From a virus (Duplodnaviria; Caudoviricetes): DNA of 56,760 nucleotides. The notes under the pieces were generated by a model that did not search any database, was not told where the DNA came from, and saw nothing but the letters and a program-made list of their open reading frames with translations. The position numbers were made by a program, and so were the translations under genes. The stretch is taken from positions 1 through 56,760 of IMG/VR virus record IMGVR_UViG_3300011116_000470, one strand, 5' to 3'. Every line of letters starts with the position of its first letter. The first letter of the stretch is position 1. Shown in pieces: positions 1 to 9,866 of the stretch.

Positions 1-127
1 CCCCATCGGGCTCACCCTAAACCAAGCCTACACCACGGCTACTTATTACGGTAACGCCACGCTGCCTTCTACAGTGCGTGCGCAGCTTGTGATCTGGGGC
101 AGCGGCGTGGGCGCGTTGTCGCTACCA
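1..127. repeat. Terminal direct repeat (assembly overlap), identical to 56634-56760
   Basis: ccccatcggg...gtcgctacca is present at both ends, 127 nt; this length matches a common maximal assembler k-mer, so the contig is circular. Confidence 0.95.
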
Positions 128-856
128 TCCGCATCCTCGGTGGGGGCAAATTGGTTCTGCATGATCCGCAACGGCGGCACAGGCATCTTGACGCTGACCC
201 CCAATGGCGCAAACACCATCGACGGTAACGCCAGTCAGCAGCTTCAGCTTACCGAGTCGTTAGTGCTGGTGTCCGATGGCTCCAACTGGAATACCTTCGG
301 CTATGGCCGTTCTAACACCTTCGCCTACACCCAGTTGTCGCTATCGGTAACCGGGGGCACCACGACGCTCACCTCTACGCAAGCGGCCAACACCATTCAG
401 TATTACTCTGGCGCGCTGACCAGCAACCAGATCATCGTGGTGCCGTCCACGGTGCAGTTTTACATCATCACCAACACCACTACAGGGGCTTTCACGTTCA
501 CCGTGAAGACCGCAGTGGGCGGCGGCGCGACGGTCACAATCCCACAAAACACGTCAATCGCACTGGTGTGCGACGGCACCAACGTTTATAACGCGGCTTC
601 GGGTTCGTCAAGTTCAATCACCACGTTGACCGTGGGCAACGGCTCTTTGGCCGTCCCGTCTATCAAATTTAGCGGCGACTTGAATTCAGGTATCTACCTA
701 CCCAGCACGGGGCAAGTTGGCTTTGTCATTGCAAACGCGCAAGCTGGGTACTACGACGCCACGGGATTTACCATAGTGGGCAAGATGGCCGCAAGCGGCG
801 CGGTGTCGGGCACTACGGGCACGTTCACCACTGGTATTCAAGGCGGGGCCTTTTAA
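1..856 (+). CDS. 3' part of tail/baseplate-like structural protein that starts at 56215 and crosses the contig junction (424 aa total)
   Basis: Frame from ATG 56215 continues through the overlap into the frame of ORF 74..856; Thr/Gly/Ser-rich beta-type sequence ending GGAF. Confidence 0.8.
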   Translation, partial: PIGLTLNQAYTTATYYGNATLPSTVRAQLVIWGSGVGALSLPSASSVGANWFCMIRNGGTGILTLTPNGANTIDGNASQQLQLTESLVLVSDGSNWNTFGYGRSNTFAYTQLSLSVTGGTTTLTSTQAANTIQYYSGALTSNQIIVVPSTVQFYIITNTTTGAFTFTVKTAVGGGATVTIPQNTSIALVCDGTNVYNAASGSSSSITTLTVGNGSLAVPSIKFSGDLNSGIYLPSTGQVGFVIANAQAGYYDATGFTIVGKMAASGAVSGTTGTFTTGIQGGAF

Positions 857-2619
857 TGACCAAAAAAGTCATTTCAATGGAAGTCCCTCCGGGGATACAG
901 CGCGACGGCACGGTGCTTGATGCGCCGTGTTTTGTCGATGGCCGCTGGGTGCGCTTTCAACGAGGCAGGCCGCGCAAGATCGGTGGCTACGATGCCATCT
1001 TCCTAAACGCAAGTGGCATATCTCGCGGCATGGCCATGACTTCCGTAAACGGCTTTAACTACGTGGTTTCCGGCTACAGCGGTGGCCTTGAGCAGTGGAT
1101 TACGGGCACCAGTGGCGGGCTGGGCTCGGGGCCGTACACGTACACCCTTTCCGACTTTACAGCCAGCGCCAACAATTTGTGGCAGTTCGACATCGCCTAC
1201 GACTCCACCGGCAACAACACCAACAACTTGGTGGCGCATCCGGGCCAGAACCTGAGCTTCATCACCTCCACGGTCGAAACACCCGTGCTGTACGGCGAAT
1301 TTCCCGGCAACTACTTGTCGCTCACCATGTCCAAGGTGGGCCAGTTCACCGCTGCGGGCTCAATAAACAGCACCACGACCTTTACCCTTGCGGCGGCGAA
1401 CGTGCGCGTGGCCGCTGGCCAGAGCATCAGTGGCACCGGCATCCCAGCAGGCACCACGGTGACGCTGGTGGTAGGCACTACCGTCACGATGTCCGCCGCA
1501 GCTACCGCTACGGCCAGCATCACGGCCACCTTTGACAACAACATCGCGGTGTCGGGCGGCTGCGTCGTGATCCACCCGTACTTGTTTGTGTACGGCAACA
1601 ACGGCCTCATCCGCAACTCCAGCGCTGGTGACTTTGCCAACTGGGTCAGCCCAGACGCCAACGCCACCAACGTGGCCACTGGCAAGATCGTCAAAGGCTT
1701 ACCTATCCGTGGTGGCTCCACGTCGCCTTCTGGCCTGTTTTGGGCCGTTGACGCCCTGATCCGTGTGAGCTTTCAGCCATCTACTTCAGGCGGCGTGAAC
1801 TACTACTGGGTCTATGACCTCGTGAGCAGCCAGACTTCGATCATGTCGTCTAGTTCGGTCATTGAGTACGACGGCATCTTCTACTGGGCTGGTGTGGATC
1901 GCTTCTTGTCCTACAACGGCGTGGTGCAGGAAATCCCCAACAACAGCAACCAGAACTATTTCTTTGACAACGTGAACATGACCCAGCGCCAAAAGGTATG
2001 GGCCACCAAGGTGCCGCGTTATGGAGAAATCTGGTGGTTCTACCCCAAAGGTGATGCCACCGAATGCACCGATGCCATCATCTACAACGTGCGCGATAAG
2101 ACGTGGTACGACGCTGGGCAGGCTATCGGTGCGCGCCGTTCTGCGGGCGTGTTCTCCGAGGTGTTCCCCAAGCCTATTTGGGCGGGCAACGAGGCCAACA
2201 CAGAGGGCGAGTACACCCTATGGCAGCACGAGACCGGCGTGGATAGCATCTACCTGACCAACGTAAACGCCGTGCAGAGCTATTTTGAGACCTACAACAT
2301 CGGCACGCTAGGCGGACTGGTAGGCTCGGTGCAGCAGCCCGGCGATAACTTGTGGACGCGCCTTGAGCGTATTGAGCCGGACTTCTTGCAAGAAGGTGAA
2401 ATGTCCGTGGTGGTCACGGGCCAAGGCTATGCCGATGACACCGTGGTGGAATCCGATCCCTACGTTTTTTCGCCGGGTACGCTCAAGATCGACATGCGTG
2501 AGCAGCGCCGTGAAATGCGGCTGCGCTTTGAATCAAACACCGCTGGTGGGACATACCAAACTGGCCGCGTGCTGCTGTCCTTGACCACTGGTGATGTTCG
2601 CGGAACAGGCAACCCATGA
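856..2619 (+). CDS. Tail nozzle / stabilisation protein (P22 gp10 / T7 gp12-like beta-propeller)
   Basis: 587 aa; WVRFQRGRPRKIGG near N-terminus, GEIWWFYP and IYNVRDKTWY repeats; lies after adaptor gene and before ejection proteins. Confidence 0.65.
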   Translation: MTKKVISMEVPPGIQRDGTVLDAPCFVDGRWVRFQRGRPRKIGGYDAIFLNASGISRGMAMTSVNGFNYVVSGYSGGLEQWITGTSGGLGSGPYTYTLSDFTASANNLWQFDIAYDSTGNNTNNLVAHPGQNLSFITSTVETPVLYGEFPGNYLSLTMSKVGQFTAAGSINSTTTFTLAAANVRVAAGQSISGTGIPAGTTVTLVVGTTVTMSAAATATASITATFDNNIAVSGGCVVIHPYLFVYGNNGLIRNSSAGDFANWVSPDANATNVATGKIVKGLPIRGGSTSPSGLFWAVDALIRVSFQPSTSGGVNYYWVYDLVSSQTSIMSSSSVIEYDGIFYWAGVDRFLSYNGVVQEIPNNSNQNYFFDNVNMTQRQKVWATKVPRYGEIWWFYPKGDATECTDAIIYNVRDKTWYDAGQAIGARRSAGVFSEVFPKPIWAGNEANTEGEYTLWQHETGVDSIYLTNVNAVQSYFETYNIGTLGGLVGSVQQPGDNLWTRLERIEPDFLQEGEMSVVVTGQGYADDTVVESDPYVFSPGTLKIDMREQRREMRLRFESNTAGGTYQTGRVLLSLTTGDVRGTGNP

Positions 2620-2846
2620 TTCCCGCACAAGTCTATGACCCACGCAACTTCACTTGGGATGCTTGGTGCGCGCTCATGGCCGAGCTTTTTGCGTCCAACC
2701 AGCTTGGAACGGTGCCCGAAAGCCTTTGGACTACATGGGCCGATGGCATTGCTGGTATTGGCCGGTTCGCCGGTGCCCCTGACAGTCGCAACTTTGCGAC
2801 GTGGCAGGATTGGGCGTTTGCGTTCAACAACGCATTAAGGAAATAA
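2616..2846 (+). CDS. Small Trp-rich hypothetical virion-associated protein
   Basis: 76 aa, ATGA overlap with upstream gene. Confidence 0.7.
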   Translation: MIPAQVYDPRNFTWDAWCALMAELFASNQLGTVPESLWTTWADGIAGIGRFAGAPDSRNFATWQDWAFAFNNALRK

Positions 2847-2848
2847 CC

Positions 2849-5275
2849 ATGGAGAATATCGGCGGCTTTAGCGATAGTGACGGGTGGTACGCACCAACGG
2901 GGGGTGAAGCGCGTGCGGGTATGGGTTTTGCCGGTACAGGTAGCGGCCTGTCGGGTACAGGCGGCGGCGCAGCGCAAGCGGGTTTTGGTGGCGGGGGATA
3001 CGGCGCGGGCGCAGGGTATTACACAGGGGGCGGCAACGGGGGTCTTACTCCCGGTGCCTTAGAGCGATTAGCCGCTGATAACGCCGAAATAGAGCAAGCC
3101 GCTCGTGAACAAGCTGCCCGTGAAGCAGTGCGTGCGGCGGAACAGCAAGCCGCAGCACAGCAAGCCGCTCGTGAACAAGATGCTCGTGAACAAGCTGCCC
3201 GTGAAGCAGCGCGTGCAGCGGAACAGCAATCCGCTTTTAATGAAGCAAAAAATGTTGATGTTGCGGCGCTCAAGCCTAACCAAGTAGCCGCCATCTTGGC
3301 GGACACAAATTACCCACAATGGCTTAAAGACCTTGTAACCCAAATACAACCCGCAGAGGGCAGCACATTGGAGAAGCTGGGCCTACAGCCCGGCGTTACC
3401 TCTGACCAGTATTTTTCCCAAGAAACACCGGAGCAACGCGATGCGCGCATGAACTTGGTGGGTAAAGGTCTTAATGGGGTTGTAAACGCCTTCATAAGTA
3501 TGTCCCCCATGGGGGCAACGTGGAACGCCATGAATACCGCCGCGAACGTATTGACCGGCAAAGAAACAGTTGGTCAAGCGCTTACGAAGATGGGCACTGC
3601 GTATGTGGCCAGCAAACTGGGCATCCCTACGGGCGCGCTCAATTCAGCACTTGCGGGCGACCTTGGCGGCGTAGCGCAATCATTGGCTATGGGCCAATTG
3701 AATAAAACAATTTCTAACGTCACTGGTTTGCCTTCCGGTTTAGTGTCAATGGCCACGAATGCCACCGGTGTCGGCTCAAATATAAAGTCCGCCGTAAATA
3801 CGGCCATTGGAAGCACGCCTACTGGGTTCAGTACCAACAAAATCGCAAGCGCGCTTGATAGCATTTTAGGAACCGCGCCTGCAAAAACGACTACAACGGC
3901 TACTACGCCTCCAAAAATTTCCATTGACCCAAACGCGAACCCGTATAACGATGTACTTTCAGCTAACCAGCAGCTTTCGTTAGACCGCGCACTAACTGCG
4001 CCTGATACCCCAACTACCGTAGGTGGTCTTGACTCGTTAGACCGCGTAAATGTCACAGGGGCAAACACGGGCGACGGCGCTGGGGTTGGTAGTGAAACAG
4101 TTCCTATCAGGGCGACCTATGGTGCGGAAACAGAAGGCGCATTAGCGCCAGTAACAATTACGGCAAAACGTTTACCTAAAGAAGAAGAAGAACCGCCCAG
4201 TGCGCTTGAAACAGTTCCTAGCACCGCAACCTATGGTACAGAAACAGAAGGCGCATTAGCGCCAGTAAAAATTACGGCAAAACGTTTACCTAAAGAAGAA
4301 GAAATACCTACGCCAGTAATGCCTCCGAATGTTGGAACGCTTGAGCCTGTAACGGGCAGCTTGCCAGTTGCAGCTACCCCCGTGGCTACTACGCCTACGC
4401 CTACGCCTACGCCTACGCCTACGCCTACACCTACGCCAGTAACATCCACCGCCGCAACGCCAACAGGTGGCTTGCCGACAGTTTCAGACGCTACCGCTGC
4501 TGCGGGGCGCATGGCGCAACTTGGAAAAATGGGGTCTTCAGAAATGGGTTACAACCAAAACCTTAGACAACTCAATATGCCTGAATTAACGCAATTTGAG
4601 ATGCCAACCGACGAAACACTATCAAACGTTGACGTGAACAAAGCCTTGGCCGCGTTGGCGGCGTATGCGCCCAACGCCGAGCGCGATATAGTGCCCCAGT
4701 TCTTTGCCGAAGGTGGGCAACCCGATGCGCAGAATTTGTTGGATTCGTACCAGCGGGCCGACATGCAAAAAGCGCTTAAAAATTTAGGTGAAGTAGGCTC
4801 GGGTTTAACGCCTGCCAAGCCCCGAGTGCTTTCTCTTGAAAAAGTAGGTGGCCCAAACCAGCAGCAATCCTTGCGCCAAATGGGTGTAGTACCGCAGCTT
4901 GCAACTATTTTGCGGGCTCGGGGCATGCGTTTGGCCGAAGGTGGCCAGCCCGACCACACCCATCCGCACTACGATGGGACTCCGCTCTTTCGCACCGGGG
5001 GGCTGGAAAGTCTGGGCGGCAAATACGTCGAAGGCAAGGGTGACGGCACCAGCGACGACATAGCCGCGATGCTGGCCAACGGTGAGTACGTCTTCTCCGC
5101 CGATGTAGTGGCGGCGCTGGGCAACGGCTCCAACAAGGCTGGGGCCGAAAAACTAGATGAAATGGTGCAGTCGATCCGTGCTCGGGCACGCTCTGCGCCC
5201 CCCGACAAGCTCCCCCCGGATGCCAAGTCTCCACTAGAATATCTGAAATCCTCAAAGGGGAAAAAGCATGACTGA
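2849..5275 (+). CDS. Putative internal virion/ejection protein with TonB-box-like repeats and a C-terminal GxGTSDxIxAMLxNGEYV domain
   Basis: AAGGA RBS before ATG 2849; low-complexity EQAARE repeats, PT linker, FAEGG/LAEGG/FRTGG motifs; C-terminal domain resembles the end of siphophage tape-measure proteins. Confidence 0.7.
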   Translation: MENIGGFSDSDGWYAPTGGEARAGMGFAGTGSGLSGTGGGAAQAGFGGGGYGAGAGYYTGGGNGGLTPGALERLAADNAEIEQAAREQAAREAVRAAEQQAAAQQAAREQDAREQAAREAARAAEQQSAFNEAKNVDVAALKPNQVAAILADTNYPQWLKDLVTQIQPAEGSTLEKLGLQPGVTSDQYFSQETPEQRDARMNLVGKGLNGVVNAFISMSPMGATWNAMNTAANVLTGKETVGQALTKMGTAYVASKLGIPTGALNSALAGDLGGVAQSLAMGQLNKTISNVTGLPSGLVSMATNATGVGSNIKSAVNTAIGSTPTGFSTNKIASALDSILGTAPAKTTTTATTPPKISIDPNANPYNDVLSANQQLSLDRALTAPDTPTTVGGLDSLDRVNVTGANTGDGAGVGSETVPIRATYGAETEGALAPVTITAKRLPKEEEEPPSALETVPSTATYGTETEGALAPVKITAKRLPKEEEIPTPVMPPNVGTLEPVTGSLPVAATPVATTPTPTPTPTPTPTPTPVTSTAATPTGGLPTVSDATAAAGRMAQLGKMGSSEMGYNQNLRQLNMPELTQFEMPTDETLSNVDVNKALAALAAYAPNAERDIVPQFFAEGGQPDAQNLLDSYQRADMQKALKNLGEVGSGLTPAKPRVLSLEKVGGPNQQQSLRQMGVVPQLATILRARGMRLAEGGQPDHTHPHYDGTPLFRTGGLESLGGKYVEGKGDGTSDDIAAMLANGEYVFSADVVAALGNGSNKAGAEKLDEMVQSIRARARSAPPDKLPPDAKSPLEYLKSSKGKKHD
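4094..4303 (+). repeat. Tandem duplication, 114-nt period (ETVP..ATYGxETEGALAPVxITAKRLPKEEE)
   Basis: Near-identical copies starting at 4094 and 4208. Confidence 0.9.
4391..4438 (+). repeat. (ACGCCT)n hexamer repeat encoding a Thr-Pro linker
   Basis: About 8 tandem acgcct-like units. Confidence 0.9.
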
Positions 5276-6695
5276 TTTAACCCAATCATCGGCGACAACG
5301 GCTACCACAGCGCCGGACTGGTACACCCAGTCGATGAAGAACCTTGCTGCGGGCGCATCGCAGTACGGTATTAGCGGCCCCAACGCGCCCGCATACGTTG
5401 GCGCGCAGCCGTTGCAGACACAAGCGTTTGAAGCGGCGAAAACCAATGTAGGTAACTACCAGCCCGGCTTGGCTACTGCGGGCGGCATGATAGGGCAAGG
5501 CGCGGGCGTGGACATCACAGGCGCGGCTAACCCATACCTTCAAGCCGGTACGTCTAGCTCTGCTGATCTGGTGGGCGGGTACATGAACCCGTATATCAGC
5601 AGCGTGGTGGACAAAATCAGGCTGGCCAATCAGCAAAACATTGCGCAAAACTTGTCGCCGGGTATCACCGCTGGTGCGGTGGGCGCTGGCCAGTTTGGAT
5701 CGCAGCGTGGTGCAAACGCGCTGGCGCTGGGCATATCCAACGCCAACATCGGTGCGTTGGGCCAGCAGGCCGCAGCGCTGCAATCGGGCTATTCTGACGC
5801 GCTCAAAGCCGCGCAAGCGCAGCGTGCCGCTCAACTAAGCGCTGGCCAGATCGCGGGCAACATGGCCACTCAAGAGGCCCAAAAATTCCGTGACTTGTCC
5901 ACCAACCAAATGAACTTGGCTAGGCAGCAACAAGAGCAAGGCGTAGTTGATGTAAACCAGTTGGCCACCATGGGTGAGCAACAACAGAAAATTGCGCAAA
6001 ATAAAGAGCTTTTCCCGCTAGATGTGCTGAACAAACAGGCAAGCATATTCAGCGGCGCGCAGGTGCCCATGTCCACCATCCAGACGATGGAAGGCTCCCC
6101 CCTGTCCGCGATTGCAAGTCTTGGGTCTTTAGGTATGGCAGCATTTGCGCCGGGGGCCAACACCTACGAGCCCGTTTTAGACGCAAACGGTAACCCTACG
6201 TTTGACGCCAGCGGCAAGCCTATCATGAAGATTGTATCGGGGGCGTCCCACGCTGAACGGTTTATAAAGTGGATTCAAGAGGGGCAGAAGGGCGCTCCAC
6301 CTACTCCGCCTGCAAAAACAAATACGGGTACTGGTACGGGCACAGGCGGTGGCTACGGTAACACCGGGGGTAGTGGCCAAACGGGCGGTCAACCGGGTGG
6401 TTCTTTGCCGGGGTACACCCCGCGTGTTATTTCCGATGGTGCGGGCGGGTACATATCTACTGATACCGGCCTGCCTGTGAACGCCGATGGCACCCCGTTA
6501 ACCGGCACTGGTGGCGGCACTGGCGGCGGCGGCATGGGCGGTGAGTACGTGGCTTCCGATGGCGCGGGCGGTTACATAGATACCAGAACCGGCTACCCTG
6601 TGAACGCCGATGGAACCCCGATTGACCAATCCGAGAGCGAAGACACCACGGGCGGATACTGGGATGAAGACGGCAACTGGGTCGAAAACCCATAA
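5268..6695 (+). CDS. Putative ejection (DNA transfer/pilot) protein
   Basis: 475 aa, Gln/Ala/Gly-rich; YMNPYISSVVD and GAGQFGSQR motifs typical of podovirus internal proteins; C-terminal duplicated SDGAGGYI..TG.PVNADGTP. Confidence 0.6.
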   Translation: MTDLTQSSATTATTAPDWYTQSMKNLAAGASQYGISGPNAPAYVGAQPLQTQAFEAAKTNVGNYQPGLATAGGMIGQGAGVDITGAANPYLQAGTSSSADLVGGYMNPYISSVVDKIRLANQQNIAQNLSPGITAGAVGAGQFGSQRGANALALGISNANIGALGQQAAALQSGYSDALKAAQAQRAAQLSAGQIAGNMATQEAQKFRDLSTNQMNLARQQQEQGVVDVNQLATMGEQQQKIAQNKELFPLDVLNKQASIFSGAQVPMSTIQTMEGSPLSAIASLGSLGMAAFAPGANTYEPVLDANGNPTFDASGKPIMKIVSGASHAERFIKWIQEGQKGAPPTPPAKTNTGTGTGTGGGYGNTGGSGQTGGQPGGSLPGYTPRVISDGAGGYISTDTGLPVNADGTPLTGTGGGTGGGGMGGEYVASDGAGGYIDTRTGYPVNADGTPIDQSESEDTTGGYWDEDGNWVENP

Positions 6696-6705
6696 GGATT
6701 AAATC

Positions 6706-8397
6706 ATGGCGACACAACCAATGGGCGGTTTGCCCGACCCCTCCAAGATCAACTACTACGGTGCGCCCTCGGCGGATGTTGAAGAGTACCAGCGCTCGTT
6801 GGAAGACAGCGTGCGGGCGCTGGAACAGCGCTATGCGCAGCCAAACTGGTTCAACGTGGCCGCTGGCTTTGCCAAGCCCCAATTGGGCGGTTTCATGGCG
6901 TCCTTGGGTAGCGCTTCGCAGGCGCTGGGTGAGAACTTAGAAAAGCAGCGCGAATCGCAGTTGCCTATCGCGCAGATGCGTGCGCAGCTTGCCGCGTCCA
7001 AAATCGGCATGGGCCAGAACAAAACGGCTGCTGACGCTTTTGCTGCGTGGAAAGCCAGTGGCAAGCCCATGGACGAAACCACATACAGCCAGATCGTGGG
7101 CCTCGCACCCAACTCTTCAGTAGCAGCCGCCGCTAAGGCCGCATACGAGGGCGAGAAGACCGAAAAAGGGTTGCTCAACACCGCGCAACAATTGCGGCAA
7201 GAGCAGGGCCGACAAGCTATGTCAATTGCCGCAGCTAAGTACAGCACAGGCGCGATTAGCAAGAAGGATTACAACACTGAACTTGCGCGTATTGAAAGCG
7301 CGTATGGCCCCACAGCGCCAGTTGCATCCACCCGCCCAGTAACCACCGGTGGGGCGCTTACCGGCACTGGTGAAACTGGTGGCGATGCTGCGCTTAACGC
7401 ACCGGCAGCGCCTGCTGCACCGGCTGCACCGGCTGCGCTTGCCGAACCGGCAGCACCAAAAGCGCCTGCTGCGCCAACTTCGCTTCAAGGAAAATTTTGG
7501 GGCGGTGCAAAATTATCTGAAGAAACTTTGGCGGGGTTAGAAAACGACGCTGCAAAAGGAAACCCTGAAGCAGCAGCAACGTTAGCCACTTATAAGGCGT
7601 CGGTTGGCCCTGACGGGCGCGTGCTCATAACTTCACCTTTATCTTCTAGCGCGCAAGGGTTAGCACCAGAAGTAATAGCTGAACAAGTAAAGGTTAATGA
7701 GACTGATGCTGCAAAACGTTTTAATGAATTAAAAACCATAGCGGGGCCTATGGGCGCAGGCGGCACCGGCTATAAACCTTTGAAAAACGTTGTCGAAAAC
7801 CAAATAGCTTTGTTAAAAAACAACCCGAAATTGGTTGATGAAGTGACAGCTATTTTGACAAAAGGTGATCTTATGTCGCAATTCAAAGCGGCAGTAGATG
7901 AAGGCGTGGGTTTCAATCTTCAGGGTTTAACAGGCCAAGTACGTTTACCAGTAAAAACATTTGAAACTGCGGGTTTTAACCCCACCCAATTAGGTTTTTT
8001 ACAGACCCTAGCGAATAACTACGCAAAAATTACTGCGCAACAACAAAGGATGGCTGGCCTAAATCCTAACGCTGCTTCAAACTTAGAGATAAACGTACAA
8101 AAAGCAATTATCCCTACGACAGATATCGAACGCAAAGCAGCGCTTAAATCTTTGGTGCATTTCAATATTGATTTGGATGCTTTACACGATCAATACAATT
8201 TTGTAAACGATGTTTACCGCGACCGTAGTTCTGATTTTACGGTAGCCGAAGGTGTGCCTGATAGACTTTCTTCCATATTCGCGCATCCGGTTTACGATAA
8301 GTTGTATGAAAAACAGCAAGATCGCCACGATGAACTCAATGCCGCCTACCAAGCGTACTTAAAAAATGCGCAGGCTAAAAAGCAAAAAGCACCATAG
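6706..8397 (+). CDS. Putative internal virion/ejection protein
   Basis: 563 aa, AAGGA RBS, helical N-terminus, APAAP linker, AT-richer C-terminal half. Confidence 0.6.
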   Translation: MATQPMGGLPDPSKINYYGAPSADVEEYQRSLEDSVRALEQRYAQPNWFNVAAGFAKPQLGGFMASLGSASQALGENLEKQRESQLPIAQMRAQLAASKIGMGQNKTAADAFAAWKASGKPMDETTYSQIVGLAPNSSVAAAAKAAYEGEKTEKGLLNTAQQLRQEQGRQAMSIAAAKYSTGAISKKDYNTELARIESAYGPTAPVASTRPVTTGGALTGTGETGGDAALNAPAAPAAPAAPAALAEPAAPKAPAAPTSLQGKFWGGAKLSEETLAGLENDAAKGNPEAAATLATYKASVGPDGRVLITSPLSSSAQGLAPEVIAEQVKVNETDAAKRFNELKTIAGPMGAGGTGYKPLKNVVENQIALLKNNPKLVDEVTAILTKGDLMSQFKAAVDEGVGFNLQGLTGQVRLPVKTFETAGFNPTQLGFLQTLANNYAKITAQQQRMAGLNPNAASNLEINVQKAIIPTTDIERKAALKSLVHFNIDLDALHDQYNFVNDVYRDRSSDFTVAEGVPDRLSSIFAHPVYDKLYEKQQDRHDELNAAYQAYLKNAQAKKQKAP

Positions 8398-8403
8398 GGG
8401 TAA

Positions 8404-9747
8404 GTGATGACCAAAAAAGGTGAATTTGATGATCTATTCGAGGATGTTCCTGAAAAAGCATCGGCAAAAACCAGTCCTGCGGTTGCGCCAGAAAACACCG
8501 TAGAAGAGGAAAGCCCTGAATCCAAAAGCGCGAGGGCGCGTACTCTACGCCAAAAGGGTAGTGAGTTTGAAGGTTTGTTTAGCGATGAATACCAACCGCC
8601 GTCTAAAGAAACTGGGATAGACCCAAAACTGCTTTATGCAGCAGGCGCAGGCGCACTGGGCGCAGGCGCACTGGGCGGAGCGCTTTATGGTGCGTATAAA
8701 AGAAAACCTGTGCCAAGCGAAGTTAGCCTTGCTGCTCGATTGATGGAACGTCACTACGGCTTGCCTTCAGGGGCCTTAACTACGTTTGAAGGCGCGTTAC
8801 CAACCCCAGCGAATGAAGCATCTGTCGCGGCGGCGCGTGCTATTACTGCGCCTCCGCCTGTTGCTGCCAACGTCGCTGGGGAAGCTGGCGCTTTGCCTAC
8901 ATCTTCTCGCGTAGAGCCATCTTTTAGCTCAACACCTAAAGCGCTTTCCAGCGCTTATATGGGCGCAGGGGAAGGCCCCACACAAGTGTATAACTACGCG
9001 CTGTCGTTGGGGTTATCCCCAACTCAGGCGATGCAAGCGGTGGATAACACTAAAGAAGAAGGCGGCGCGCATTACATAAAAGGCCAAGCTAGGGCCGGAG
9101 AACTTAAAGCGCAAAAAATGTTCCCTGCGGGGGTTACAGTTTTGCCTGAAGCGCCAAATGTGGTGGTGCCAATACCCACCGGTGGGGGTTCCCGCCAACA
9201 ATCCGACGTGTGGCGTAGGCCAAGAGCTATCGGCCCAATGCCATGGGCTAGTGGCGCGCAACCTTCAGCTATTGGGGATATGGGCGACGTGCGCCCCGGT
9301 GCTGCGCCTACAGCGCCAATGCCGCCAACCGAACCCGCGCTGCAACAACCGACTATTGAAGAAACCGGCGCCAAAATCCGCGCTGCCTCTGCGCGGGCTC
9401 GTAATTTGCAACGCGGTTCTACTACATTGACCGGTGGGCTTTTTGGCGCTCCGCTTGCCGCGCAAGGCTATACCATGGCCACGCAAAAAGAGCCCATTGA
9501 CTGGACGCAGTATTTAAGTCTTATCGGAGGCGCACTTGGCACCTTTGGGCCTTTGACATCCAAAATACCCGGAGTTGCGGGCCGGATACCGGTAGCGGGG
9601 CCTTTGGCCACTTTAGCGCAAATACCTTACGCAGTGAAGCACCGAGAAGAAATACTTAGGGGAATGACAAGGGCTGATGTTCAGAATCCACACGCTCTTA
9701 TGCCGTCTGAAATGTTTGAGCCAGCTTTTCCCGTAGATAACCGCTAA
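8404..9747 (+). CDS. Putative internal virion protein with hydrophobic segments
   Basis: 447 aa; GAGALGAGALGG and C-terminal hydrophobic stretches; last gene before terminator. Confidence 0.55.
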   Translation: MMTKKGEFDDLFEDVPEKASAKTSPAVAPENTVEEESPESKSARARTLRQKGSEFEGLFSDEYQPPSKETGIDPKLLYAAGAGALGAGALGGALYGAYKRKPVPSEVSLAARLMERHYGLPSGALTTFEGALPTPANEASVAAARAITAPPPVAANVAGEAGALPTSSRVEPSFSSTPKALSSAYMGAGEGPTQVYNYALSLGLSPTQAMQAVDNTKEEGGAHYIKGQARAGELKAQKMFPAGVTVLPEAPNVVVPIPTGGGSRQQSDVWRRPRAIGPMPWASGAQPSAIGDMGDVRPGAAPTAPMPPTEPALQQPTIEETGAKIRAASARARNLQRGSTTLTGGLFGAPLAAQGYTMATQKEPIDWTQYLSLIGGALGTFGPLTSKIPGVAGRIPVAGPLATLAQIPYAVKHREEILRGMTRADVQNPHALMPSEMFEPAFPVDNR

Positions 9748-9777
9748 CGATTGTCTCCTAGGTCAATCCTGACCCTT

Positions 9778-9804
9778 AGCCCCCATCACTGGGGGCTTTT
9801 TTTT
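9778..9804 (+). terminator. Rho-independent terminator ending the late operon
   Basis: AGCCCCCA-TCAC-TGGGGGCT followed by a T run; located where + and - operons converge. Confidence 0.85.
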
Positions 9805-9866
9805 CACAAGAGGCAAATAATGGCGGTTACCACGATGGCCCAAAATAGCACTCTAAACCAAAACAT
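9804..9866 (-). CDS. 20-aa single-pass membrane micro-protein (MFWFRVLFWAIVVTAIICLL)
   Basis: TGATG coupling to the upstream minus-strand gene; wholly hydrophobic; not in ORF track. Confidence 0.4.
   Translation of the reverse strand: MFWFRVLFWAIVVTAIICLL

Noticed and set aside
1-127. 127-nt terminal repeat as a biological direct terminal repeat
   Set aside because: It falls mid-gene and has a typical k-mer length; best explained as an assembly overlap
2849-5275. True tape-measure protein / long-tailed morphology
   Set aside because: No tail tube, tail assembly chaperone or distal tail genes seen; only the C-terminal module resembles a tape measure
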